The position numbers were made by a program, and so were the translations under genes. Positions 37,642 to 44,572 of a DNA stretch of 62,705 nt are shown piece by piece. Position 1 is the stretch's first letter; the number at the start of each line of letters is the position of its first letter. This DNA is from a virus: positions 1 through 62,705 of the IMG/VR virus record IMGVR_UViG_3300045988_178329. One strand, 5' to 3'. The notes under the pieces are model-generated. The model made no database searches. It worked only from the letters and a program-made list of their open reading frames with translations, and was not told the DNA's origin.

Positions 37642-37667
37642 ATTTGTGTCTCCTTTTCAGACAATAC

Positions 37668-37733
37668 CATTATAGAAAATGGGTAGGGTAAGTAAATAGA
37701 AAAGTTAAATTTTTAGGTTCATTTAAGGTTGGC
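37668..37733 (-). promoter_or_regulatory. Promoter region with A-tract motif AACCTTAAATGAACCTAAAAAT, TTTTCTATTTACTT box and TATAAT
   Basis: Minus-strand copy of the 1643 and 17967 element. Confidence 0.55.
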
Positions 37734-37745
37734 TGAAATTCATGG

Positions 37746-37895
37746 TGCCGTGCAATTATAGGGGGTCAAGGAAGCAATGGAAGGCAATGGCTTCGGATTC
37801 ATTTTCTGGCTCAAAAAGGTAGTAGGGATAACTAGGTGTATATTTTATACAGTCGGTTTTGGGGCACTTGGGGAGGGCTGACTTTTTGCACGGTA
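37746..37895. repeat. Inverted-repeat-flanked intergenic unit: GCCGTGCAA, about 130 bp, then TTGCACGGTA
   Basis: Same architecture as 35890-36040. Confidence 0.65.
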
Positions 37896-37902
37896 CGATG
37901 AT

Positions 37903-37934
37903 ACAAAAAAGGAAGGGTGTTTTCCCTTCCCTTT
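37903..37934 (-). terminator. rho-independent terminator
   Basis: GGAAGGG-aaaaca-CCCTTCC followed by TTTTTT on the minus strand. Confidence 0.65.
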
Positions 37935-37939
37935 CAGAC

Positions 37940-38278
37940 TTAATTATCGGTTTCTTCCAACACTTCTTCAATCGCCTTTTGGCAATCTTCCTTGTTAGCA
38001 TAGAAGCCTACAAATGGGTGATACCAGTAAGATCCGACTTCGGCAATTCTCTCTATTGCAAAGTCATCTTCATTTTCATCTTCTTCGGTTTCATAGACTG
38101 TGAAATCATATTCATCGGGTGTGGTGATTTCAACGTTGTTATAGGACTTGTATATCTTTGGATCAAGTTCATCGAATATGGAATCCAATGAATAGAATTC
38201 CCCTTCATAGACAACCTTGTTGTTGTTTCCATAGTCGGTGATTTTAATTGTTTTGCTCTTCATATTTTTTCCTTTCAT
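37940..38278 (-). CDS. hypothetical highly acidic protein (112 aa)
   Basis: ORF rich in Glu/Asp. Confidence 0.5.
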   Translation of the reverse strand: MKGKNMKSKTIKITDYGNNNKVVYEGEFYSLDSIFDELDPKIYKSYNNVEITTPDEYDFTVYETEEDENEDDFAIERIAEVGSYWYHPFVGFYANKEDCQKAIEEVLEETDN

Positions 38279-38332
38279 TGTATGGGAGCTACGGCTTTTG
38301 CATAGCCCCTAGAATTTGTTCGTAGGCAACGC

Positions 38333-38593
38333 CTACATATGTTTTAGGGTGAAACAGTAATCCTTCCAGAAATCTAGAAGGTTTAACTTGTTGTCATACT
38401 TTTCGATGATGTCAGAAATGTCTATTCTTTCATCAAAATGTTGTAGGAAGTAGAGGTATTCATCAAAGAAGTCATAGACTTCGTTTTCGTCAATACCGAA
38501 ACGATTAGAGTAATCGACAGTCATTATGGAATTGAGTGTAACATCTTCCCTAAGCTTGATTACTTGAGATGGCATGAGGTCTTGAATGTGCAT
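38333..38593 (-). CDS. hypothetical protein (86 aa)
   Basis: ORF; promoter TTGACA-N16-TAGAAT at 38622-38649. Confidence 0.45.
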   Translation of the reverse strand: MHIQDLMPSQVIKLREDVTLNSIMTVDYSNRFGIDENEVYDFFDEYLYFLQHFDERIDISDIIEKYDNKLNLLDFWKDYCFTLKHM

Positions 38594-38621
38594 ATTGTTC
38601 CCCCTTTCTTGGGATACACTA

Positions 38622-38649
38622 ATTCTACCATTAACGATATAGTTGTCAA
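38622..38649 (-). promoter_or_regulatory. sigma70-like promoter TTGACA-N16-TAGAAT
   Basis: Minus strand. Confidence 0.5.
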
Positions 38650-38712
38650 TAGGAAAATTAAAAAAAGTTTACAATGATTAGTTCTGAACGGACTTTTTCC
38701 GCGGAATAATGG

Positions 38713-38871
38713 CACCGTGCAACTCAATTGGTTGCCATGTGTGGATTTGGTTTTCTACAAGGTCAGAAGCCTTTCGGCTACCCTTTGCTTCCGTTTGCTT
38801 TTCGCCTACCATAGGCAGCGGTGGAAATGGTGGAGTGGAAGAATTCCCTACCCGATCGGACTTGCACGGTA
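38713..38871. repeat. Inverted-repeat-flanked intergenic unit: CACCGTGCAA, about 140 bp, then TTGCACGGTA
   Basis: Same architecture as 35890-36040. Confidence 0.65.
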
Positions 38872-38917
38872 GCCCCTAGGAAAAAAAGCGCCCTAGGTTT
38901 TTCTAGAGCGTCTTTCC

Positions 38918-39631
38918 CTAAAATGTAATGTTGCTTCTAAACAAGGCTATTACAGGTGTTTCCTCAAAGTTTTTTGTATCGGTACTAACTATGTTTGCAA
39001 CGTATTCGTTTTCGAATTCGCTACTTGGTCCAGAAACAATTCTTATGTACTTTCTACCTAGGTTCTTGGCAACCTTTATTAAATCTTCGAGTTTGCTAAC
39101 GGAAAAGAGCCTATCTATAGTTTGCTCATAGTTTTGGTGGAAGAAACTAAGCTCTACATCATCGAATTCAACATTGTCAAAATATACAACGTCTTTTTCG
39201 ATGGCTTCTAACAAAGAGAAAGAGGCGTATTGTATGCCGTTATGCTTTAGCAACAACAATGTTCTGTAATCACATTCGATCTGGAAATCAAATTCGTACT
39301 TTGGGAAGTTTTTCAACATTTCAGATAGTTTCTTGGTGTTTAGGTCAATTCTGAAATTCTTGCTTACATAGGCTCTGAAAACCTTATGCAAAGGTAGGCA
39401 ATACCTAGTTGAAAAGACATGTATGCAATTTTTGTCCTTTTCGCCTATAATGCTAATTTTACTTTTCATTTCTCCATTCATTTCGCAATTCTGGGAAAAG
39501 GCAACTAGGGTGGAAATGAATTCTTTGTGGGTGGTTAGCCCAAAGTCGGCGGAGGTTTCTTCGAAACCTTGTACCTTGTCAAAGGAAGGTGCTAAGCTTT
39601 CCTTGACTTGGTTAACTGTAAGTTTGTCCAT
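38918..39631 (-). CDS. hypothetical protein (237 aa)
   Basis: ORF with AAAGGAG ribosome-binding site; promoter TTGACA-N16-TAGAAT at 39675-39702. Confidence 0.55.
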   Translation of the reverse strand: MDKLTVNQVKESLAPSFDKVQGFEETSADFGLTTHKEFISTLVAFSQNCEMNGEMKSKISIIGEKDKNCIHVFSTRYCLPLHKVFRAYVSKNFRIDLNTKKLSEMLKNFPKYEFDFQIECDYRTLLLLKHNGIQYASFSLLEAIEKDVVYFDNVEFDDVELSFFHQNYEQTIDRLFSVSKLEDLIKVAKNLGRKYIRIVSGPSSEFENEYVANIVSTDTKNFEETPVIALFRSNITF

Positions 39632-39674
39632 TTGTTCTACTCCTTTAAATGGGTGTTCCTTTTGGAACGATATA

Positions 39675-39702
39675 ATTCTACCATTTCAGATATATGTGTC
39701 AA
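39675..39702 (-). promoter_or_regulatory. sigma70-like promoter TTGACA-N16-TAGAAT
   Basis: Minus strand. Confidence 0.5.
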
Positions 39703-39738
39703 TACTTTTTTAAAACAAAGATTACAATGTATAGTAGC

Positions 39739-39893
39739 CACCGTGCTATTTTTGAAATGGGGTAACGGAAACCCCAGATTTGCAAATGGTGGGAAAACCA
39801 CCTTTCAAAAAACAATAGTCAAAATATAAGCTTAGGAAAATGACACCCCAAATTGTCTAGGGTAGAAAAAAAAGGGGGGTACCTTGCACGGTG
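39739..39893. repeat. Inverted-repeat-flanked intergenic unit: CACCGTGCTA (degenerate), about 135 bp, then TTGCACGGTG
   Basis: Same architecture as 35890-36040. Confidence 0.6.
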
Positions 39894-40027
39894 GCGGATC
39901 CCTGAAATTCTGGAAGCTTTGAAAAATTTTTATAGGGATGTCTGAAACGAGGAAAACCCATAAAAACGGTTTCTAGGCGTTCCTAGGGCTTTTCAGTGTG
40001 GTTAATATAATTTTCCAAACAACAAAA

Positions 40028-40078
40028 GAAAACGCCCCTAGGGGCTTAAAAAAGAGCCGTTTTTTAATTCGGCTCTCT
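40028..40078 (-). terminator. tandem rho-independent terminators
   Basis: AGAGCCG-loop-CGGCTCT followed by TTTTTT, then the palindromic hairpin GCCCCTAGGGGC. Confidence 0.65.
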
Positions 40079-40088
40079 TCCTTAGTTT

Positions 40089-40508
40089 TTAATATCCTAA
40101 ATCTATTACATTTTGTAAAGTTAGGTAAATTATTAATTTAAGCATGAAATCCATTTTATCTTTATTCCATGTTTTCATTTCTTCATCGGTTGCTTCTAGA
40201 ATGTTTCCTAGAATTTCAATAGGCGATTCGGAGTAGTTGAGAATCTTAGGTTTTTTTCCTAGCCATTCTATGAAAGCATCGCTATAAGAGCCATTTTTTA
40301 GACTATATGGATTAAACGGATTAAATTTTACTTCTTCTTCAAATGTTCTATTTATTGCAAGTGCATAATCTCTAAAATCATTAGGGTTATATAATTCGGT
40401 TTTGTCTAGGTGGGTATGTTCCAAGATGAACTTTCTTAATTTTTGGATGGCTTTTGGTGAATTTGCTCTAATCATAATTTTTTCTCTTTCCAAGGGGGCT
40501 TTTTTCAA
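40089..40508 (-). CDS. paralog family C member (139 aa)
   Basis: N-terminus MIRANSPKAIQKLRKFILEH, paralogous to 40522..40896. Confidence 0.5.
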   Translation of the reverse strand: MKKAPLEREKIMIRANSPKAIQKLRKFILEHTHLDKTELYNPNDFRDYALAINRTFEEEVKFNPFNPYSLKNGSYSDAFIEWLGKKPKILNYSESPIEILGNILEATDEEMKTWNKDKMDFMLKLIIYLTLQNVIDLGY

Positions 40509-40521
40509 GCCCCCTATTTCT

Positions 40522-40896
40522 TTATTTAATCGCCTTTCTTACTCTTCTATAAATCATATATGATAATAGGCTTTCGGCTTGGGTTTCGCTAAACCTTGCT
40601 TTTTCTTCCTTGGTTTCTTCCAATATATCGCCTAGGGTTTCAACGGCTGAAACATTGTAATAATAGGAAGTGTCTATAATTGATGGCAACCATTGCAACC
40701 AACTAATGAACGCTTCTTGTTCATTTTGTCTTCTTTCAGATGGGGTGGAGTATACCTCTTTAACGAATTCATCATAGATGGCTTTCATACATTCGTTAGG
40801 GGTGGATGGGGTGAAGTCATAGCCATCAAAGTCGCATCCATCTAAGATGAACTTCTCTAAATTGGCTTGGGCTTTTTTTGAGTTTGTTCTAAGCAT
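40522..40896 (-). CDS. paralog family C member (124 aa)
   Basis: N-terminus MLRTNSKKAQANLEKFILDG; promoter TTGACA-N17-TAACAT at 40924-40952. Confidence 0.5.
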   Translation of the reverse strand: MLRTNSKKAQANLEKFILDGCDFDGYDFTPSTPNECMKAIYDEFVKEVYSTPSERRQNEQEAFISWLQWLPSIIDTSYYYNVSAVETLGDILEETKEEKARFSETQAESLLSYMIYRRVRKAIK

Positions 40897-40923
40897 GATT
40901 TTAACCTCCCTGCTTATGAGAAG

Positions 40924-40952
40924 ATGTTAAACCCATTTCTAAAAGTTGTCAA
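40924..40952 (-). promoter_or_regulatory. sigma70-like promoter TTGACA-N17-TAACAT
   Basis: Minus strand. Confidence 0.5.
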
Positions 40953-41013
40953 TACTTTTTTTAAAACTTTTTTAATACTCCTAGAAATCATCTACACTTT
41001 TTCAGACATCCTT

Positions 41014-41059
41014 TTGCACGGACTAGGGTTTTTGCACGGAGCTTACCTTGTTGCACGGC
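41014..41059. repeat. Three direct copies of TTGCACGG at 18-19-bp spacing
   Basis: TTGCACGGA at 41014 and 41032, TTGCACGGC at 41051. On the minus strand they sit between the terminator of 41104..41325 and the promoter of 40522..40896. Confidence 0.7.
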
Positions 41060-41071
41060 TTTTCTGGGTAA

Positions 41072-41103
41072 TGGAAAAAGAGGGGTTTGTTGTCCCTCCC
41101 TTT
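41072..41103 (-). terminator. rho-independent terminator
   Basis: GAGGG-acaacaaac-CCCTC followed by TTTTT on the minus strand. Confidence 0.5.
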
Positions 41104-41325
41104 TCAGATACCTTCCACACCGTCTAGACCGTCAAGGAACTCTTGGCAAATGGAAGCGGTATCGTCTAACCATTCTTGCCTTTGGCTTTGGGCTTCGGTT
41201 AGTTCGCTTCTTCCTTCATAGGGTTCAATGTCATTGCTAACTTGTTCAATGTGTGATTTGAGAGTGTCAACTATGTTGTAGACACTTCTCAACATTTTGA
41301 TGAAATAGGTTTTTGAGTAAGTCAT
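41104..41325 (-). CDS. hypothetical acidic protein (73 aa)
   Basis: ORF; the upstream region carries four phased AACCT(T)AAA repeats. Confidence 0.45.
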   Translation of the reverse strand: MTYSKTYFIKMLRSVYNIVDTLKSHIEQVSNDIEPYEGRSELTEAQSQRQEWLDDTASICQEFLDGLDGVEGI

Positions 41326-41382
41326 TTTGTGTTCTCCTTTGAACGTCTATATTATATAAAAGTCAATAGAAAAATAAAACAC

Positions 41383-41426
41383 CTTTTAGGTTGATTTAAG
41401 GTTCTTTAAGGTTCATTTTAGGTTGT
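41383..41426 (-). promoter_or_regulatory. Four phased A-tract repeats (AACCTAAAATG, AACCTTAAAG, AACCTTAAATC, AACCTAAAAGG; 10-11-bp period) upstream of a promoter
   Basis: Helically phased A-tracts of the UP-element or curved-DNA type. A CACCGTGCAA-family motif lies at 41440-41449. Confidence 0.55.
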
Positions 41427-41496
41427 CTGAAAAAGCTACTTGCACGGTAACGGATCCATTGAAAAACCCTAGGTTTCCCTAGGGCTTGGGTTTGGA

Positions 41497-41767
41497 TTAG
41501 AAATAACAAGCGTTTCTATATTCCTTCAACATTCTATATTTGTCCTTACCGCAATAGATATGTTGGTCTTTGTATTCTTCCTCTACCAAGCGAGTTTCGA
41601 AGCCATCGAAGAAGTTCATTACTTCCTCTTCATCAATGCCATATTGGTTCTTGTAGCCCCTTCCACCGATGAAATCATTGATGGTGATTTCAAGGTAGAG
41701 ATTCCAAAGTGCATCATTTGGTAAATCACCGATTGTGATTTTTGGGGGTGTTGTTTTCTTTTTCCAT
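41497..41767 (-). pseudogene. frameshifted gene: ATG with strong ribosome-binding site, 13 codons, stop, then continuation in the +1 frame across a C5A5 run
   Basis: On the minus strand: AAAGGGAG-N7-ATG GAA AAA GAA AAC AAC ACC CCC AAA AAT ... TGA. The adjacent frame reads ITIGDLPNDALWNLYLEITINDFIGGRGYKNQYGIDEEEVMNFFDGFETRLVEEEYKDQHIYCGKDKYRMLKEYRNACYF with no start codon of its own. Confidence 0.4.
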
Positions 41768-41814
41768 TTTGTTTTCTCCCTTTGAAACCCCTATTTTTAC
41801 CCCTATTTGATTTC

Positions 41815-42000
41815 TTACCTATCTAGCGACAATTCCACTTGGAACCATGATTTCGCTTCGCCTTTGGACTTAGCCTTAGCCCAAATCCACCTAATCCATT
41901 CGATATGGTTTCCTAGGGGCTTTTCATAGCCTATGGCTTTCTTAGCCCTTAGCAAGGTTTTTTGGTAAGCCTTGACTTGTTTGTTTGTTTCTAGTTTCAT
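41815..42000 (-). CDS. hypothetical basic protein (61 aa)
   Basis: ORF; promoter TTGACT-N16-TATCAA at 42014-42041. Confidence 0.4.
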   Translation of the reverse strand: MKLETNKQVKAYQKTLLRAKKAIGYEKPLGNHIEWIRWIWAKAKSKGEAKSWFQVELSLDR

Positions 42001-42055
42001 AACCCAAACTCCTTTGATAAGAAAAGTTTAAGGAAAGTCAATGATTTTGTAAACA

Positions 42056-42122
42056 TCTTTTAGGTTATTTTTAGGTTGATTTAAGGTTGGACAATTGCCA
42101 GAAACCCATACTTGCACGGTGG
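42056..42122 (-). promoter_or_regulatory. A-tract repeat block (AACCTTAAATCAACCTAAAAATAACCTAAAAG) plus CCACCGTGCAAG motif
   Basis: Same element family as 41383; lies downstream of the terminator at 42130-42160. Confidence 0.5.
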
Positions 42123-42129
42123 CCAGACA

Positions 42130-42160
42130 ATAAAAAATGGGAAGCGTTTTGCTTTCCCAT
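42130..42160 (-). terminator. rho-independent terminator
   Basis: GGGAAAGC-aaaac-GCTTCCC followed by ATTTTTT on the minus strand. Confidence 0.6.
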
Positions 42161-42170
42161 TTGCCTCGCT

Positions 42171-42365
42171 TCATTCGCCTCCTATTAGGCGTTTTGGGTT
42201 GCCTAGCGCCCTTTGAAGTAGTCTTACTTGTGATTCGTTCTCCAAGCGCCAAACAACCTTAGTATGAGATTTGTCAAGCCTTGTTTCAGACATTATCAAA
42301 TCGGCTAGGCATCTATGGGCATAACTCCCCATTTGGTAATTGTTTAAGATTGCGTTTACTTTCAT
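42171..42365 (-). CDS. hypothetical protein (64 aa)
   Basis: ORF with AAAGGAG ribosome-binding site. Confidence 0.4.
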   Translation of the reverse strand: MKVNAILNNYQMGSYAHRCLADLIMSETRLDKSHTKVVWRLENESQVRLLQRALGNPKRLIGGE

Positions 42366-42437
42366 TTTAATTTCTCCTTTGTTCCCCTACGATTATAAGC
42401 ATACACCTGCAAGGGCTCAAATCAACAAAGTGAGAAC

Positions 42438-42496
42438 CATTTTTAGGTTGTTTTAAGGTACAAAAAAATGCCCCATTGGGACATCTTCTTGCACGG
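42438..42496 (-). promoter_or_regulatory. A-tract motif ACCTTAAAACAACCTAAAAAT, terminator hairpin and CCGCCGTGCAAG motif
   Basis: Same element family; terminator ATGTCCC-a-ATGGGGCAT followed by TTTTTTT on the minus strand. Confidence 0.5.
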
Positions 42497-42508
42497 CGGT
42501 GGCCACCA

Positions 42509-42886
42509 CTAGTCCTTCTTGTAGATTTTCCTGAGTTCCTTCTTAACGAGCTTGTAGTCCCTCTTCGGAAGGTCTGAGGTAACGTAGTCTACCATTACCT
42601 CTTCTCCGTTGTAATGACCAACGAATCCGACAAAGGCTGGTTCCCTATCCACGATGTCGATGCAGACTATGATGACTTCCTTGCTCTCCTCGTTGTAGCT
42701 GAACATCACCTGCGAGACAAGTATCTCCTGCCACTTGGAAAGCTGGGATAGGTATCCGCTTGGGTTTGTCCTTGCCATCCTGTTGACCTTCTCCTCCGTA
42801 AAGGTAAGCCAGAGAACGCCATCCACACCTATCGCATTTGCTATCGGCCTATTCAATTTCCACAGTCTCAAATCCTCTATGTTCAT
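42509..42886 (-). CDS. hypothetical protein (125 aa), first gene of the minus-strand module
   Basis: ATG at 42886 with GGAGGAG ribosome-binding site; the longer track ORF extending to 42985 lacks a ribosome-binding site. Confidence 0.5.
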   Translation of the reverse strand: MNIEDLRLWKLNRPIANAIGVDGVLWLTFTEEKVNRMARTNPSGYLSQLSKWQEILVSQVMFSYNEESKEVIIVCIDIVDREPAFVGFVGHYNGEEVMVDYVTSDLPKRDYKLVKKELRKIYKKD

Positions 42887-42921
42887 GTGTCTCCTCCATA
42901 AGGAAATTATACACTTTCCTA

Positions 42922-43165
42922 TTGACTGTGTATACACCAACCTTCGACTTTTTGAAAAATGTGGTACTCTCGGGAGGATGGACATATCTATTTTAATATC
43001 TTTTATATATATCTATAAAAGATATGTAAAATATATATGTAAATGTCAACCTATTCTGTTATGGAAGAAATAAAAAACATTTTGAAAAAATAAAATGTAA
43101 AATAAAAAAGAATTAGGTTTTTTCCACCGTAGAAAAAGTCAATAGCAATTATATATGTAATATAT
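42922..43165. repeat. Copy 2 of the duplicated AT-rich regulatory or origin-like region (copy 1 at 29565..29790), bounded by inverted copies of AAAAAGTGGTACTCTCGG
   Basis: Blocks shared with copy 1, the palindrome GTGTATACAC at 42928-42937, and an inverted-repeat partner at 43176-43196. Confidence 0.6.
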
Positions 43166-43200
43166 AAAAACGCTTCCGAGAGTACCACTTTTTGAGATAA

Positions 43201-43226
43201 CGTAACAAAACGGCAAATTTGTTACG
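43201..43226. promoter_or_regulatory. Perfect 9-bp inverted repeat CGTAACAAA-N8-TTTGTTACG (operator-like) upstream of the late operon
   Basis: Palindrome lying in the divergent control region. Confidence 0.45.
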
Positions 43227-43415
43227 CTAACTCGGTTTTTGACCTATTTCTCCTGTGGTTAAATTTTTGCCTTTCCTTTCTATTTTTCTCGCACGGGTGC
43301 GTACGTGGCACACAAGAAAAGTTTCCAATTTTGTCTGACTTGCCTTAAAATATGATCGAAAGCCATTGGTCGCTAGAAAAAGGCCAAGATTAAACTCGTA
43401 TGGAGAGGGTAAGCC

Positions 43416-44120
43416 ATGGAAGAAGAAAAGAAGATTGAGGAAATCAAATCTGGGGAAACCGAAACCGAGAGGGGACCATTAGACAAGGCAGTGGAGGAAT
43501 CCGTTACCGAACTTGTCGATGGGAACAAGGAGGAGGAGGTTGCCGATACCCAGTCGGCTAGGGAGGGCGAATCTGGAGAGGAAGCCCCAACCGAAACGAA
43601 GGCAGTAGACGAAAGGGCAGAGAAGCCTATGTTCACTCAAAGCCAGGTAAACGAACTCGTGGGGAGGGCAAGGCAGGAAGGCCGTCAGAAGGGCTATGAA
43701 TCCGCCAGGACCGAACTAAGGGAACGCTATGGTGTGGATGGCGACGATGACCTTGACAGGATATTTGCCGACGGAGGTCGCTTCGACGAATTGAGTTCGC
43801 GTTACGAGCAATCGGGAAAGGAACTCGCGGAGGTTAGGGCAGAACTTGCCCTTGCCAGGAGCGGAATAGTCCCCGAACGCCAATCCGATGCACGGGCAAT
43901 ACTTGCAGGCAACGGAATGGACGTAAGCGAGGAAAACATTGCCTCGCTCCTACCGACACATCCAGAGTGGTTGGGAAAGAAGGAGGAGGTTGTCGTTGAG
44001 CCAAAGGTACAGGACAGAGAAATCCCACAGCCGAAGCCTATGGCTGTCGGAATCGAACCGAAGCCGGCAAACGATGACGAGGACATAATGTCCCAGGTAC
44101 TCCAGATGTACAGGCAATAG
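43416..44120 (+). CDS. putative capsid scaffolding protein (acidic, coiled-coil)
   Basis: 234 aa, very acidic, first gene of the late operon, upstream of the putative major capsid gene. Confidence 0.45.
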   Translation: MEEEKKIEEIKSGETETERGPLDKAVEESVTELVDGNKEEEVADTQSAREGESGEEAPTETKAVDERAEKPMFTQSQVNELVGRARQEGRQKGYESARTELRERYGVDGDDDLDRIFADGGRFDELSSRYEQSGKELAEVRAELALARSGIVPERQSDARAILAGNGMDVSEENIASLLPTHPEWLGKKEEVVVEPKVQDREIPQPKPMAVGIEPKPANDDEDIMSQVLQMYRQ

Positions 44121-44140
44121 ACAACCGAAGGGAAATTTAT

Positions 44141-44548
44141 ATGACAAACGAAGAATACGAAGCAATGGTTTCCAGGTTGCAGAAGGAACTTGGGCTATCC
44201 AAGGAGGACATCGCGATTGGCTTCTTCTCATCCTTCTATGATGGATTGATTGACAGGAAGCAATTGGATGCCGTCTTGGCAGGCATAGGTTTCAAGGTAT
44301 CGGACGATTATGCCAAGCTCTCCGACGATGAATTGAAGAAGAAAATCTTCAAGAAGGAAGAGGACGAGGCAAAGGAAGATGCCACACCAAAGGAAGTCGA
44401 GGAAGCAAAGACCGACCCGACTGGGGAAGTCCCCCCAACCGCAAGGAAGTCCGAGGAAAAGAAGAAGGAATCCGAAGATGAACCCGAAGAGGACGAAGAA
44501 AAGATTAAGGAAGAGGTCATGAAGATGTACTTCCCCGAAAGGAAGTAG
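44141..44548 (+). CDS. hypothetical acidic protein (135 aa)
   Basis: ORF; the C-terminal half is Glu/Lys-rich. Confidence 0.45.
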   Translation: MTNEEYEAMVSRLQKELGLSKEDIAIGFFSSFYDGLIDRKQLDAVLAGIGFKVSDDYAKLSDDELKKKIFKKEEDEAKEDATPKEVEEAKTDPTGEVPPTARKSEEKKKESEDEPEEDEEKIKEEVMKMYFPERK

Positions 44549-44572
44549 TCGGACTGACACGAAAGGAAGATT

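Noticed and set aside
38873-38897. CCTAGG...CCTAGG hairpin as the terminator of 38918..39631
   Set aside because: The T-run lies inside the loop rather than after the stem, so this is a weak terminator and is not annotated.
41014-41059. Possible CRISPR array
   Set aside because: The repeats are only 8-9 bp with 10-11-bp spacers, there are three copies and no cas genes. They belong to the CACCGTGCAA motif family rather than CRISPR.
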